Assembly: GCA_050084985.1 (NCBI GenBank) | Contig: JBITNC010000001.1 | Coordinates: 5,456,001-5,520,000 of the forward strand | DNA length: 64,000 nt | From: Nageia nagi | Lineage: Eukaryota > Plantae > Pinophyta | Direction: 5' to 3' | Shown here: positions 43,401-55,400 of the stretch, piece by piece | Layout of the letters: each line of letters starts with the position of its first letter | Numbering within the stretch: position 1 is the stretch's first letter | Notes under the pieces: generated by a model | Database searches by the model: none | The model's input: the letters and a program-made list of their open reading frames with translations, nothing else | What the model was told of the DNA's origin: nothing | Made by a program: the position numbers and the translations under genes

Positions 43401-46400
43401 TACCGACCATCATTCTATGTAGCAAAAAGAAGCATTTTGGTTCAAAACAAACACAAAAGTATAATCAGTATGCACAAAATACTAATATAAGGAAGGTATG
43501 CATTTAACCATATATTAAGCAACTAGATAGTTCAACCATTACAAATAATCCGTCCCATAATGTCCAAATATACAAAATGAACCATTGAACCATGCCAAAA
43601 CCAGGTAATTTCTGAGACTCATCACACTACTCCTTTATATTCTTCAAGTTTGGGCAGCCCACAAACCATGGCTTGTGATGTTAACAATCTCAAACTATTA
43701 AAATTGAGATGACTATATCTTTAAGTGCCAAAGCCAATTTTTGTTATCTATGGCTATTGTAGCAAGTTTTACACCATTATCACCAACTTTGAGAGGAAAC
43801 AATCTGTTTTTAGTCATTTGTATTGAAGTGACCAGCCTATTACTATGATTCTTATCATATATTTTGCAATGTGCATCTTCAAATACAAGCTTATAATTTT
43901 TCTCCATTATTTGGCCTACACTCAATAAATTGTGCTTAAGATTTGGAGTGTAGTAAATGTCTTTTACCTTCTTGGTATCTTCATTTGTGTTCACCTCCAT
44001 GGCTTCCATGCCTTCCTCTTGCAAAGCTTAGTCATCTCCAAGCCTTATCTTAGACTTGTATGAGTTGGCTATTGAAGCAAACAACTCCTCCTTGCAAGAC
44101 ATGTGGTTTGAGTCTCTTGTATCAAGCAACCAAGTCTCATTGAGTTTTGCATGAGGTTTCTCAATGGACATAAGCAATTGTGAGGAATCCTCTTCCTCTC
44201 CATAGTGTGCTCCTCCACTTCTCCCTTCATGAGAAGCCTTCAATCTACATTCATTCTCAAAATGACCAAACTTGTTACAATAATAACATTGTTTGTCACT
44301 TTGTCACTAGATCTTTCTCTTCCTCTACCTTGGGAACCTCCTCTTCTTGCTCGTCCTCTTTGTCTTGCCCTCCCTCTTCCTCTAGAAGGATTTGGAACTC
44401 TCCCTTGTGCACTTGAATTGGCTTCACCCTCCTTGGATGCAAAAGCCTTGTCTTCACCAAAATCACCATTGGAAGGAGTGGGATCTTTGAGCCTTTCCTC
44501 ATGACTCATCAAGGAACCAATGAGCATATCAAAGTCAAGAGTAGACAAGTCTTTTCTCTCTTCAATGATAATGGCTACATTGTTCCATCTTGGAAGTAGT
44601 GGCCTCAACACTTTCTTCACCATTACTTCATTGGAAATGGTGTCACCAAGAGTTCTCATCTTGTCAACACAAGTTTTAACTCTTACACAGTAGTTTCCCA
44701 CACTCTCTTCCTCTTCCATTCTAAGATTTTCAAAGTCTCTCTTCAATGTTTGAAGTCTCGCTTCACTTGTGGCTCCCTTGATAGCTTTCTTGTATTGCTT
44801 TCCAAGCATCTTTGGCTGAAACACAAGAAGCTATCATTGGAAAGATACTCTTATCCAAGCTTGCTTGAAGATGGTATTGAGCAAAAGAGTTCTTCTTTTG
44901 AGCCTCCTTCACATTCTTGTCATTGCCTTGGAGACTATTCTAGTCTTGTGGGTCACTGTATCCTTCTTCAATGATATCCCACAAAGCCTTTGCCTATGAG
45001 TAGTGTCTTCATCTTAATGGATCAATACTCATAGTCCTCTCCATTAAACTTAGGAATGGGCAAGGTGTTGTTGTTGGCAGCCATTGCTTCTTTAACAAAT
45101 CAACAAACATTGGGACTGTAACTCACAAGAATTTTGTTTTTTGTAAATGGACCCACAAGCTATCCTTTAATCCAACATATCTAAAAAAGCTCTGATACCA
45201 CAATGAGACAGTTTTCATTATGAAAAACGAAATGCTTAGAAGTATATATAGCTCAAGGGCTAAGCTCAACATGGATTAGAGTGGTTGAGAAGATATGATC
45301 AACCATTATTACAATCTGATCCAGATCCAACAAAACACACTCAAAAAGACTCCCAATCCTCTTTAAAATAGTCTAAACATAGTTGTCATAATCCCTATGA
45401 ACTATAACAACCATCTAAACTTAACACAAGATCAAACAAAGCTATAAATGAACAAATTGGCTAAATCTGGTGATGCAGTACGGATTGGTGTGTTGCAGAC
45501 CGGTTAGTCAAATTAGTATACTGTCTGTACTTTGTTAACTGATTGGTCGGTTATGCAATGCTGACTGGTTGGGTTGGTCGGACCTATCCTTGCTAGCTGT
45601 GAACAAAGAATCGAAGTTTTAGAGATACAAAGCTTGGAATGGCTTGAAACTCCAACATGTGGTGCCTGAAGGCACCAAAGCTTGTCTTCCAACCATGGGA
45701 CCATCATCAAGGAGTTACCCCCTCAGGTACCCCCCCAAGTTCACCCTGATCAAACTGTACCTCGTGCACAATCATCTTATCTAAGGGAAAGGACCGTTCT
45801 ACATCTTGGATTGGCTATTGTCTCATATTCTCCTTACTGAATTTTAGAAAGAACTCCAAAAAGCCAAGTTTTCCATTGATTGACCAAGCACAAATACATA
45901 GGAATATGCCTTTTCATTTCACCTTCTAAGGTGACTTTTGGAATTTCTATATTAACTTTCTATGACACCTAAAATTTTAATCCTAAATTAAATACTTACA
46001 CACTTAATTATAATAATAATTACAAATCACCTTAATCCTTAAGGATTAGGTTTCCAACACTTCTCCACTTAGAAAAGTGTTGACATCCTCGTTAATGGTA
46101 CAAGCTTGCCAAAGGTGGGCATTGGAAAAATGCTCTGACAATCACCCTTTCGGCTCTTCAACCTTGAAGGCAGTGTACATCACTACCTCATTAGCGAATT
46201 TGTGTTGAACACAAAAGCAACATAACCATAGGTGTTGATTATGAATGTTTGATATCCCACTAAGCAAGAAAACTTTGAGGGAGACAATTATACAATTCAG
46301 AATGCGATTAACATTGGATGTCTTTAACACTAGCTCATGGTGGCATTTCCCATAAGGTGCATGCCCTATGATTATCTTCATTGACGGTTTATGTTGACAT

Positions 46401-49400
46401 CATCCTTTTGGCACAACTATGTTCACCATTTACCCACAAGTTTTCATGCCAAAATTGTGACCATCTAAACCATCGATCTACATTGCACTACGTGTATAGG
46501 TCCAATCCAACTCCCTTATTCCAACTTGGTAGTTAAACAGACTTGTCAATCGTAAGCCTTGCCTAACAAGCTAGGAGCTCAAGATCGCATATCACAACTC
46601 TAGCCATGGGTTCTCAAAGGATTTGACCCAACATAATTGTCTAGTAACAATCTGTCCTCACCCTCTTGCAACCTGACTGGCGGCACCTGAAGGAGTGCCT
46701 AACCATCCGTTAGAGTATTTTGCAAGATGGCTCAATCTATTCACAAATCGTTATACCAAGGATCTGTTTAACGGTGAGCACTTCAAGCCAATTATTGGCA
46801 CGACGAAGTCTCTCACGAGACGGTTTGAAGACCCATCAAGACCCTTCAACATGTGGGGAATTCAAATTTGACATACCGACTTGCTCTACTGAAAATCTAG
46901 AACATCACCCAATCACCCAGGTAAGTCAGTTGAGGCCTATGATAGTCGATGTGGATGATCCAACTAACCGACACGTCACACAACAGGAGTAGAAGATAAG
47001 CTAGGAAGGGTACTCAGTAAGATAAAGGCAACAAGGAAGAAACCATGTCGATGGGGCAACCAACATCAGAAATGGGAATATATGGTTAGTTGGGAAGGTA
47101 GCTCTTTGACATTTGGGAGATTGCTGAGAGTCTATGGAACTTCGAAGATAAGATTCAGGAGTTCTTGGCAGAAAGTAATGAAGACCCTTTTCTAAATTAG
47201 TCAGAAGGGATTATGCAGCCTTAGTTTGCTTTATAGGTTTTTCCTTTCTTGTGTTAGGTTACCAAACAACCAATGTCGGTGCATTTTGTCTAAATGCCCC
47301 ACCATTGATAAGACTTTTGTAATAAGTTGATGAGGTCATCAACAATGCTCTAAGCAGGAGAGAATATGAGAGCATAGTCGGTCCAAGATGTGGAGCAATC
47401 CTTTCCCATGGATAATATGATTGTGCATGCGGTGTGGTTTGATAAGGGTGAGCTTGGGGGATACTTGAGGGGCTAACTAGCTTGACGACGGTCTCATCAG
47501 TTGGAAGGCGAGCTCCAATGCCTTCGAGCACCACACATAACTATGACAGCTCAATGGTAGGTTGCATCGAGGATGGGATGTTTTAGGCATAGCCTAGGTT
47601 GACCAACGTGACCGTGTCTTCATAGGTTAGTTCGTGTAGCAAGGCCAATGCTGGGTAGTGCATCGAAGGAACCATATCGCAATGGGTGGTTCAAGCTGGG
47701 AGATTAGATTTGGAAAGAAAGAAAGAATATTAACAACCGCAGGAGACCAACACCGGTCTATGGGACGATTGTAATGGGATATTACATAATGTGTACGCTT
47801 CATAGTGGGAATCAAACATGGGACACAAGTCGCAATAGGGTCATTACATGACCAACTCAACCAACAACTGAGGCTTAATACTAATCATTAAAAAACGAAT
47901 TGAATGAAACAAATTTTAATCTAAAATATCTGTGGATCCATTCCAATGAAGACTCTCTTCTATTTGCTAGTCTTTGAGAATATCTCTCAAGACTCCAACT
48001 TTCAACTTGTTGCCGTCGTCCTCTCCAATGCTAGATTTGATTGATAAGTCTCTCAAGCGCAAGTGATATGATATGTAGGCGTGATATTTGTTTTGGATGC
48101 CATGTAGTTTAAGCACAAAGCTGAGGGTTGCCCGAGTGTAGTTGGCCAGGCCATTGTACCTTATCAGGGCACTGCTAGCAGTAGCCAATCTTGTGTTGCT
48201 TAGTATAACTCCATGTCTTCTTGCAGAGGCAGTCCATAACCGCATAGAATTAGCTGTTTGGGAGATCAAACAGATGGTTGATGTTATCAAAGACCTAGAT
48301 GTCCACATCCAAGTATATCATCTTCTGTATTCTTCAAACTTCCATATTTGGAGCTTCGAATAATTAATTACATAATATGCCATGGCAAAATGGACTTTGT
48401 TTTCAGGTGGGTAAATGGGCTCAATTTTGCGGACGATGTATCCTTGGCTTATGAGGAGACATCTGTGGGTCTTTGGAACATTTGACAACTTCCAACATTG
48501 ATGCTGTGTTGTTCTCCTCTACACTTTGCTTCTCCACATAGATCTTACACCTCACATGTTACAATGCATGACTTCAACAGGAAGGAGAAGATACAAAAAT
48601 TTAATATCTAAATAAAGTTATACCTATCTATCTATTTATTTATACATACTGTACATATTGTTACAGCAGAATAATAAAACTAGTTTTCTTCATTATTGTG
48701 TGGGATAAAAACCTCACCAACCCATTACCTGCTCTGATACCATGTAAGATTTCTAAATAATGCAGTACTGATTTGTATTACATAACAAGTATTTATACAT
48801 GTAATGTTGTAACAGACTAGCCTGTCCACATCTGCCCAATAGATTCACATGGTGATATAACAAACTAACATGGGACTCCTATGGTTGCACACACAAGACT
48901 CCTATGATGTAATAATCCTAAGAGACATTGGATATTCTATCTCCCATTGTGACAAACATTTTGTATTTTGAGCAACAACTGAAATGTTTAATTTTCTCTT
49001 GGCTAAGGTTGTAATTAGTGTTAATTCTAATTATAGTTGCAATATATTTGTTTTCCTTTTTCTATTGAAGGCGAAAGTTGTTGCAAACATATAACATTGA
49101 AATGCCCTAGGACACATGATTGGAATCTAATTGTCATAAAGTTTAACATTAGTGCCGCATTCTTCTCCAAACCGCCAACAAGATAACACCCATTCTGTAA
49201 GGCCCACTCTTAGGTTTGCAAATCCAAATTCTATTAACTCCAAAATTCATGTATTACAACAATACAACATTCATAAATAGAGGAAAAAGTGGCTTATCAT
49301 TTCACCTTCCTCAAGAGACTCTTTAACTGCCTAAAGACTTCACAATTTCATCTTACTATGACCTTTGGAATTCCTTCAACGCACAAATCCGAAAATACAT

Positions 49401-52400
49401 AAATATAAAATACTTTCTCACACCTACATACTTATAACACCTAAATCTAATTATTTACATTCAACCTTAATCCCTAAGGATTAGGTTTTCAACATCCCCT
49501 CTTAATCCGAAAGGGATTAAGAATGAAACAAAAAGATGTGCCTCAAGATGTGTAGCACATTCTTCACCAACCAAAAAATAAGCAATCTCTTCAAAAGGTC
49601 CACCTCAAGGATTAATCCCAAGTTCCCCCCTTTAATTCGAAGGGGTCAATTACAACCTAAATACTCATAAGTTCCGCCATTACAATTTGCAAAAATGGCA
49701 TGAGCGGAATCAGAAGCATTGTCATCATAGGCGGCCTTGCCTTTATCTTTATTATGCTCCTCCTTTTCTTTAATCTTTTCCAATGGTGCCCAACAATTTT
49801 TGGCATTATGACCTTTTTGCTCACAATGATCACAAAAAGAAATAGTTTTCTCATTTTGATTATGTATATTCCCCTTTTCTTTCTTCTTTGCTTTTCCTTT
49901 TGAGCTACCTTCTTCTTTAGGAGAATATTGAGAACGATTCTTCCACCTTTGAGCAATACAAAGAGTTTCACTATCCAACTTCTTTCCAAAGGCCTTTTCA
50001 TGTTCATCAATTTTTGCAACCAAAAGATCAAATGTAAGAGACTTTAAATTACCACTTGTTTGAAGTGATTCAAGATAGTTGGAGTAGGTAGGATAGAGAG
50101 CTTTGATGTAGGTCGTGAGAGCAATATCAACTTTGACACCCGAAGCATCAAGATCATGGATAATAGCTTTGATTTCTGAAGCAAGAGCCATGGGATCACC
50201 ATCCTTCAACTCAAGGTTGAAGAGCTTCAATTGAAGTTGGATAAATTTCAACTCGAAGTGAGTATCATACAAGTCCTTCAATTTCTTTAAAGCTTTCCAT
50301 GCATCACCTGCAACGGACTTGATGTGGCGGCTAATTTCTTCACTCATCGAAGAAGAAATCAAGGCATAAGCTTTCTTATTCTTTACATTCCATATTGCAA
50401 GCTCGTTTGCATTCGTTGGCTTAGTAGGAGGATTGTCACCATCACAAACACCATCCCAGAAATCATTGAAAATGATAGTGTTTGTAATTTTTTTATGCCA
50501 TTCTTCCCAATTCTCCTTTCCGATCAAAACAACTCTAACAATAGAAACAAGGGAATGCATTTTTGTGAAGAAATATATGCCTTCTAGAAGAACCACTTTG
50601 CACAACCAAACCCAGCAAATGCAAAGTAGATAAAATCAGCAAGAATACACAACCAAGTAATTAAATGCAACCATCAAACAACTTCTGCCTCCTTAGTAAC
50701 AATAATACACAAATTTTTCCTGAAATTTCTTCATAGATTCGTTATGAAACAATCAACTCTACTGCATGGAAAGAAGAGCAGATCTACAACTTGGGTTGAG
50801 ATGGCATTGCTATAAGAACATTAGCCATAAAAACAATCCAACATCTACCACCAAAACTTTGCACAAAACTGAAAACGGATAACCACACTAAAAGTTATGC
50901 ACAAAATGGAAGATTGGAGTCTACTCGGATTGCAAGAAGAAACTCACATGGGAAGCCAAAAATGCACCAAGCTCTGATACCGCTGTAAAGGTTTGCAAAT
51001 CCAAATTCTATCAACTCCAAAATTCATGTATTACATCAATACAAACATTCATAAATAGAGGAAAAAGTGGCTTATCTTTTCACCTTCCTCTACGGGCTCT
51101 TTAACTGCGTAAAGACTTTACAACTTCAACTTATTATGACCTTTGGAATTCCTCCAACACACAAATCCGAAAATACATGAATATAAAATACTTTCTTACA
51201 CCTACACATTTATAACATCTAAATCTAATTATTTACATTCAAGCTTAATCCTTAAGGATTAGGTTTCCAACACGTTCAACCAGACTAATGTCATCTTGAA
51301 CGGTCCCATTCTTTGTGTTTTTCTTGCCATGACCTATCTTGAATAGCCATTGGGTTTGATTTAATATTCTAAGGTTTAGACCTTATAAAATGGATGGCAC
51401 TGGAGTGTTCTTGAAAGTTGATTTGATGGCTAGCACAACTCTTGGCCTGATTTAGGAGTGAACTTTTCATTCATAAATCATTGCCAAGAAGTTTCGAAAA
51501 TTCTTAGCAACCGTTCGATTGCATTCCTTGAAAGTTCTGGTGTTTCTTTCCTTCCATATTGCCCATCAAATCTGAGCAATCATCAGCCACACTTTCCTAG
51601 TTTTGCCCTGCAACCACACTATCCTCCATTGCTCGATTAGACCAGCTACCGTTTTGGGTTTTGACCATTGAAGCTAGAACATACGGGCCAATTCATCCCA
51701 GTTAGCAAACTCACAGTGAACTAGCAGATGGTCAACTTATTCTTTCTCCTTTTTGCACAAAAATACACCAATTGGGAAAGATTATACCTTTCTTCTTCAT
51801 ATTATCATTTGTATGGATGCAGTTCAAAGTTGCAGCCCAAAGGAAGCTAAACACTTTTGGAATTAGCCCTTTTGTCCAAACCATTTGTCAAAGCGTCTTC
51901 CTTAGTATTCAGGCTGCCATACCCAGTTTTAACAAGTATTTCTTCTTCCTTCCTTTGTTATTAACCCAAAAAAGATAATACAGCTTTTCCATGGGATATA
52001 TCTTAATTCTTTCCAATCTCTGTTTAATGGAGTTAGTCTTCTCATCTAGATCAGTGGTATGTGAGGGAGAAAAATGCAAAAGGAGCGAGTCCTCCCTTTG
52101 CCGCACATAATCCACTACTCTGTCAAAAATGCCCAACTCATTACTGGGAGAAATTCTTGTTCCTGTGCAGCCCAACTTTCATCCTAGAACAGAGTGGTTC
52201 AACCATTGCTAACCGCCCATCTAGAATTCCCAAATGGCATCCCGAACAACTTCCAAGCAAGTCTTATTCTCATAGCGTGGTTCATTAATTGGATTTGGCT
52301 AATTCCTAAGCCTCCTGATTTCTTTCAACAAACTCTGGACCATACTACTAAAGATAATCTCTTCTTTTCTTCAACTCATGTCCATATGAACCTAGCATAG

Positions 52401-55400
52401 ATTTGGTCGATTTTCTGAGCAACCAATGCAGGAATCTTGAAAACACTGGCCTTATACACCGGGATGCTTTATAGCATTGCTTTAACCAATTGGATTTTAC
52501 CTGCCAACTTCTTATCAAACCTGTTCATTTCATCACTCCAAAACTCCTTTTGAATCCTTTCTTCAAACAATGGCATTCCCAGATACATCGTAGGGAAGGT
52601 ACCAATATGGTATTGAAAGATGTCAGCAATAGCATCCCTTCTTCAATATGGAGTGTTGAAGAAAAATACTAGTCTTATCATAATTGATTTGTAGGTTCGA
52701 AGCTCTTTCATATATATTCATAATTCTTTTAAATTCTTTAGCTTCACTGATCCGTACATGGCCAACTAAAATTGTATCATCCACAAATTGATGATGTGTG
52801 ACAGGCGAGCAACCTTGGGTATGGACAATTCCTTTGATTCTTCCACTTCTTCTTGCAAACTCCAAAGTTCTTCCTAATGCTTCGACCATTGTGATGAAGA
52901 GATAGAGGGAAATGCTTCTCCTTGTTTCAAACCTTGGCTTGAATTGAAAACCCTGTTGGCTTCCTATTAACTAGAATTGAGGAGGTAGTTGTTTTGATAC
53001 ACAATTTAACCCAATTACGCTATTGCTCTCCAAACCCAAACTTCATCAAAACTTGATCCAGAAATTGCCAAGACATTTCATCATAGTATTTCTGCATATC
53101 AAGTTTGATGAGCATCCCTTCTTGTTCATTGGTCTTGAGAGTGTGAACAGTCTCATGAATGAGAATTATTCCATTCACAATCTGCCTTTCTTTTACAAAG
53201 CCATCTTGCGCATGGGATATACTTTTAGGGAGAATCTCTCTCATCCTATTAGCAAGCAGTTTTGTAATACTTTTATAAACAGTATTACATAAGTTGATTG
53301 GTCTAAAATTCTTAAGGTGGGTGGCTCCTTGAGATTTGGGGATTAGGGCCAAAATGGTGTTGTTCCAATTTTTCAGTAAGGAATCGTTTCTTTGGAACTC
53401 CTGAACAGCCATTGTTACATCATCCCCAACAATGTCCCAGAAACTTTGAAAAAGCCTTGCTGAAAAGCCATAAGGTCTTGGGGCCTTATCTTTCCCCATT
53501 TCAAACTAGCTTGACCGAATTCTTTCCTTTGAAAATGGAGCTGTTAGTTTCCGGTTATCTTCCTCATTGACTAAGGGGGGTATACTTCTGAGCAAGTCTT
53601 CCACTTGGTTTTGGTATCTTCTGCCTCTTTGGAGAGTTTTCTATAGAAATCAACAGCGAGTTCCTTTATCTCTTCTTCCTCCTCAGCTAAACTACTATCC
53701 CCTCTTTCCAGACCTTGAATCTTGTTAAAGGCTCATCTTTTAATTCTTGTGATTTTGAAAAAATTAGTATTCCTATCACCCTCTTTCACCCATGAAAGCA
53801 TTGACTTCTGCGTCTAGTGGATCTCCACTTGTTTCAAGATCTCCAAATATTTTGATTTGAATTCTTTTTCTTTGGCAGTGACTATCTCATTCCTCCCTTC
53901 TTGTTGGATGATTTGCTCGGTGTCGTTTTATTCATCTTTAATTCCTTCTTTATCTCTCTCAACATATTTAAAGACTTTCCAATTCCATTTTCTCAATTTC
54001 TTTTTCACAAACTGTAATTTGGAGGCGACTTTGAACATTTTAGTTCCTTTAACTGAAATCGTCCACCACTCATGAATTCTTTCATAAATCTGAGGATGGG
54101 ACAGCCACATTGCTTCAAAGTGAAAAGGAGCTCTCTTCCACGTATAGGGGTCAACCTGAAGAAGAGGAACATGATCTGATGTTATCTTAGTCTTAGCTTG
54201 CAGTGAATAGTCGAGAAATTGTGACAGCAGTTAGTAGAAAGCAAGGTTCTATCTAACTTTGATTGAATCAGTTCTCAATCCATCTGCATATTAGTCCATG
54301 TGAAATCCACTCCCGTCAAATCTAGATCAGTTAATTTGTTGTCATCTAAAAATTTCTTTAGATTAGCCAGATCATTATCCTTTTCCCTAGCCTCTCCCTG
54401 CCTTTCATGAGGGTGTAGGATAGTATTGAAGTCCTCCATTTTAATCCATGAAATATTTTTAAAAATCAATCTATCAAGATGTTTGTTCAAAGATCCTTAT
54501 CCTATCCATCAAATCATTTGGAGCATACAGATTGGTAATGACAAAATCAAAATTATACTCAATGGATGTAACTAAAGAATGAATGTACCTCTGGGATTCA
54601 GGGAGATCTCTTGCTTGACTGATTATGATTGTATGAGGATTCCACAAAGTTATTAGCCTTCTTAAAGCACCATTCGAATTTCTAAAAACAAAATTTTGCA
54701 TCTTTCCACAATTTCCGTTTGATATCCAGCAAATGACTCTCTTTCACCTCAAACTCCTGAATTAGCACCATTTCAGGTTTACAGTCCCTCCAGATCTGTG
54801 TCTATCAGGGGCGTTCCTGCTCCTGATATTCCAAGTTAGAAGCTTTATTGGCAACTTGATGGGGCCCTAAAGCTTCCACTCTGCTCTAGAGTGCATTGTC
54901 GACCATTGACTAGATCAATTTCTTTCTTTTTCTCTCTTAATTCTTTTTGCGAAGGATGTCCAACATGATTTCTTTCAGTATTAGAGTTTTCCTGTAGTTT
55001 ATCATTTGTCTTACAGTGATTTCTTCTTTTGCTGGCTCACCTTCCTGTTGCGTTCTTGCCTCTAAATTGTCTTCGTTTTTTGCCCATTTCCTAATTCTAT
55101 TTACTACTGATTTTTCATCCACCACAATCTCCATTTTGGCTATCTCTTTATCTGAGAGATTAGCCTTGGAACCTTCTTCAACTTCGTTGCTTTCAATTAC
55201 ATTTAGGATTGTATATGGGTTCTTAGTTTCAAAGCCCTCTTTCTGAATAGGCTGCTTCTGTTGAGGTTGATTCTTAACATTGTTGCGATTTGGACCTTGT
55301 TCCTTATTTTTTTGCATTGTTCTTTGGAACCTGCCTCCAAGCTTGTTCGTCTTGTTTGGTCTCCTTTTTCTTTTCTGGACACTCTCTATCATAGTGATCC

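Larger units (their letters stand above)
25620..43624 (-). mobile_element. Full-length Athila/Tat-like Ty3/Gypsy element with an extra 3' ORF (contains Copia 3)
   Basis: Perfect TSD CACTA (25615-19 / 43625-29). Terminal TGATGAGT...ACTCATCA. PBS TGGCACCATTGCCGGGGA (42071-42054, tRNA-Asp type as in Athila). PPT at 27169-27180. Order gag-PR-RT-RH-INT; no chromodomain seen. Confidence 0.95.
22726..45657 (-). mobile_element. Copia element 2 (host of the nest); interrupted by a solo LTR and the Gypsy; RNase H and 3' LTR missing
   Basis: Putative 5' LTR 45204-45657. Met PBS (GCTCTGATACCA on +) at 45189-45200. Gag from ATG 45084 ([20 protein letters not shown]). Protease [11 protein letters not shown]. 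Integrase split at 43625/25619 and 25071/24236. RT ORF 22683-23510 ([13 protein letters not shown]...CLYVDHLI). Confidence 0.88.
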
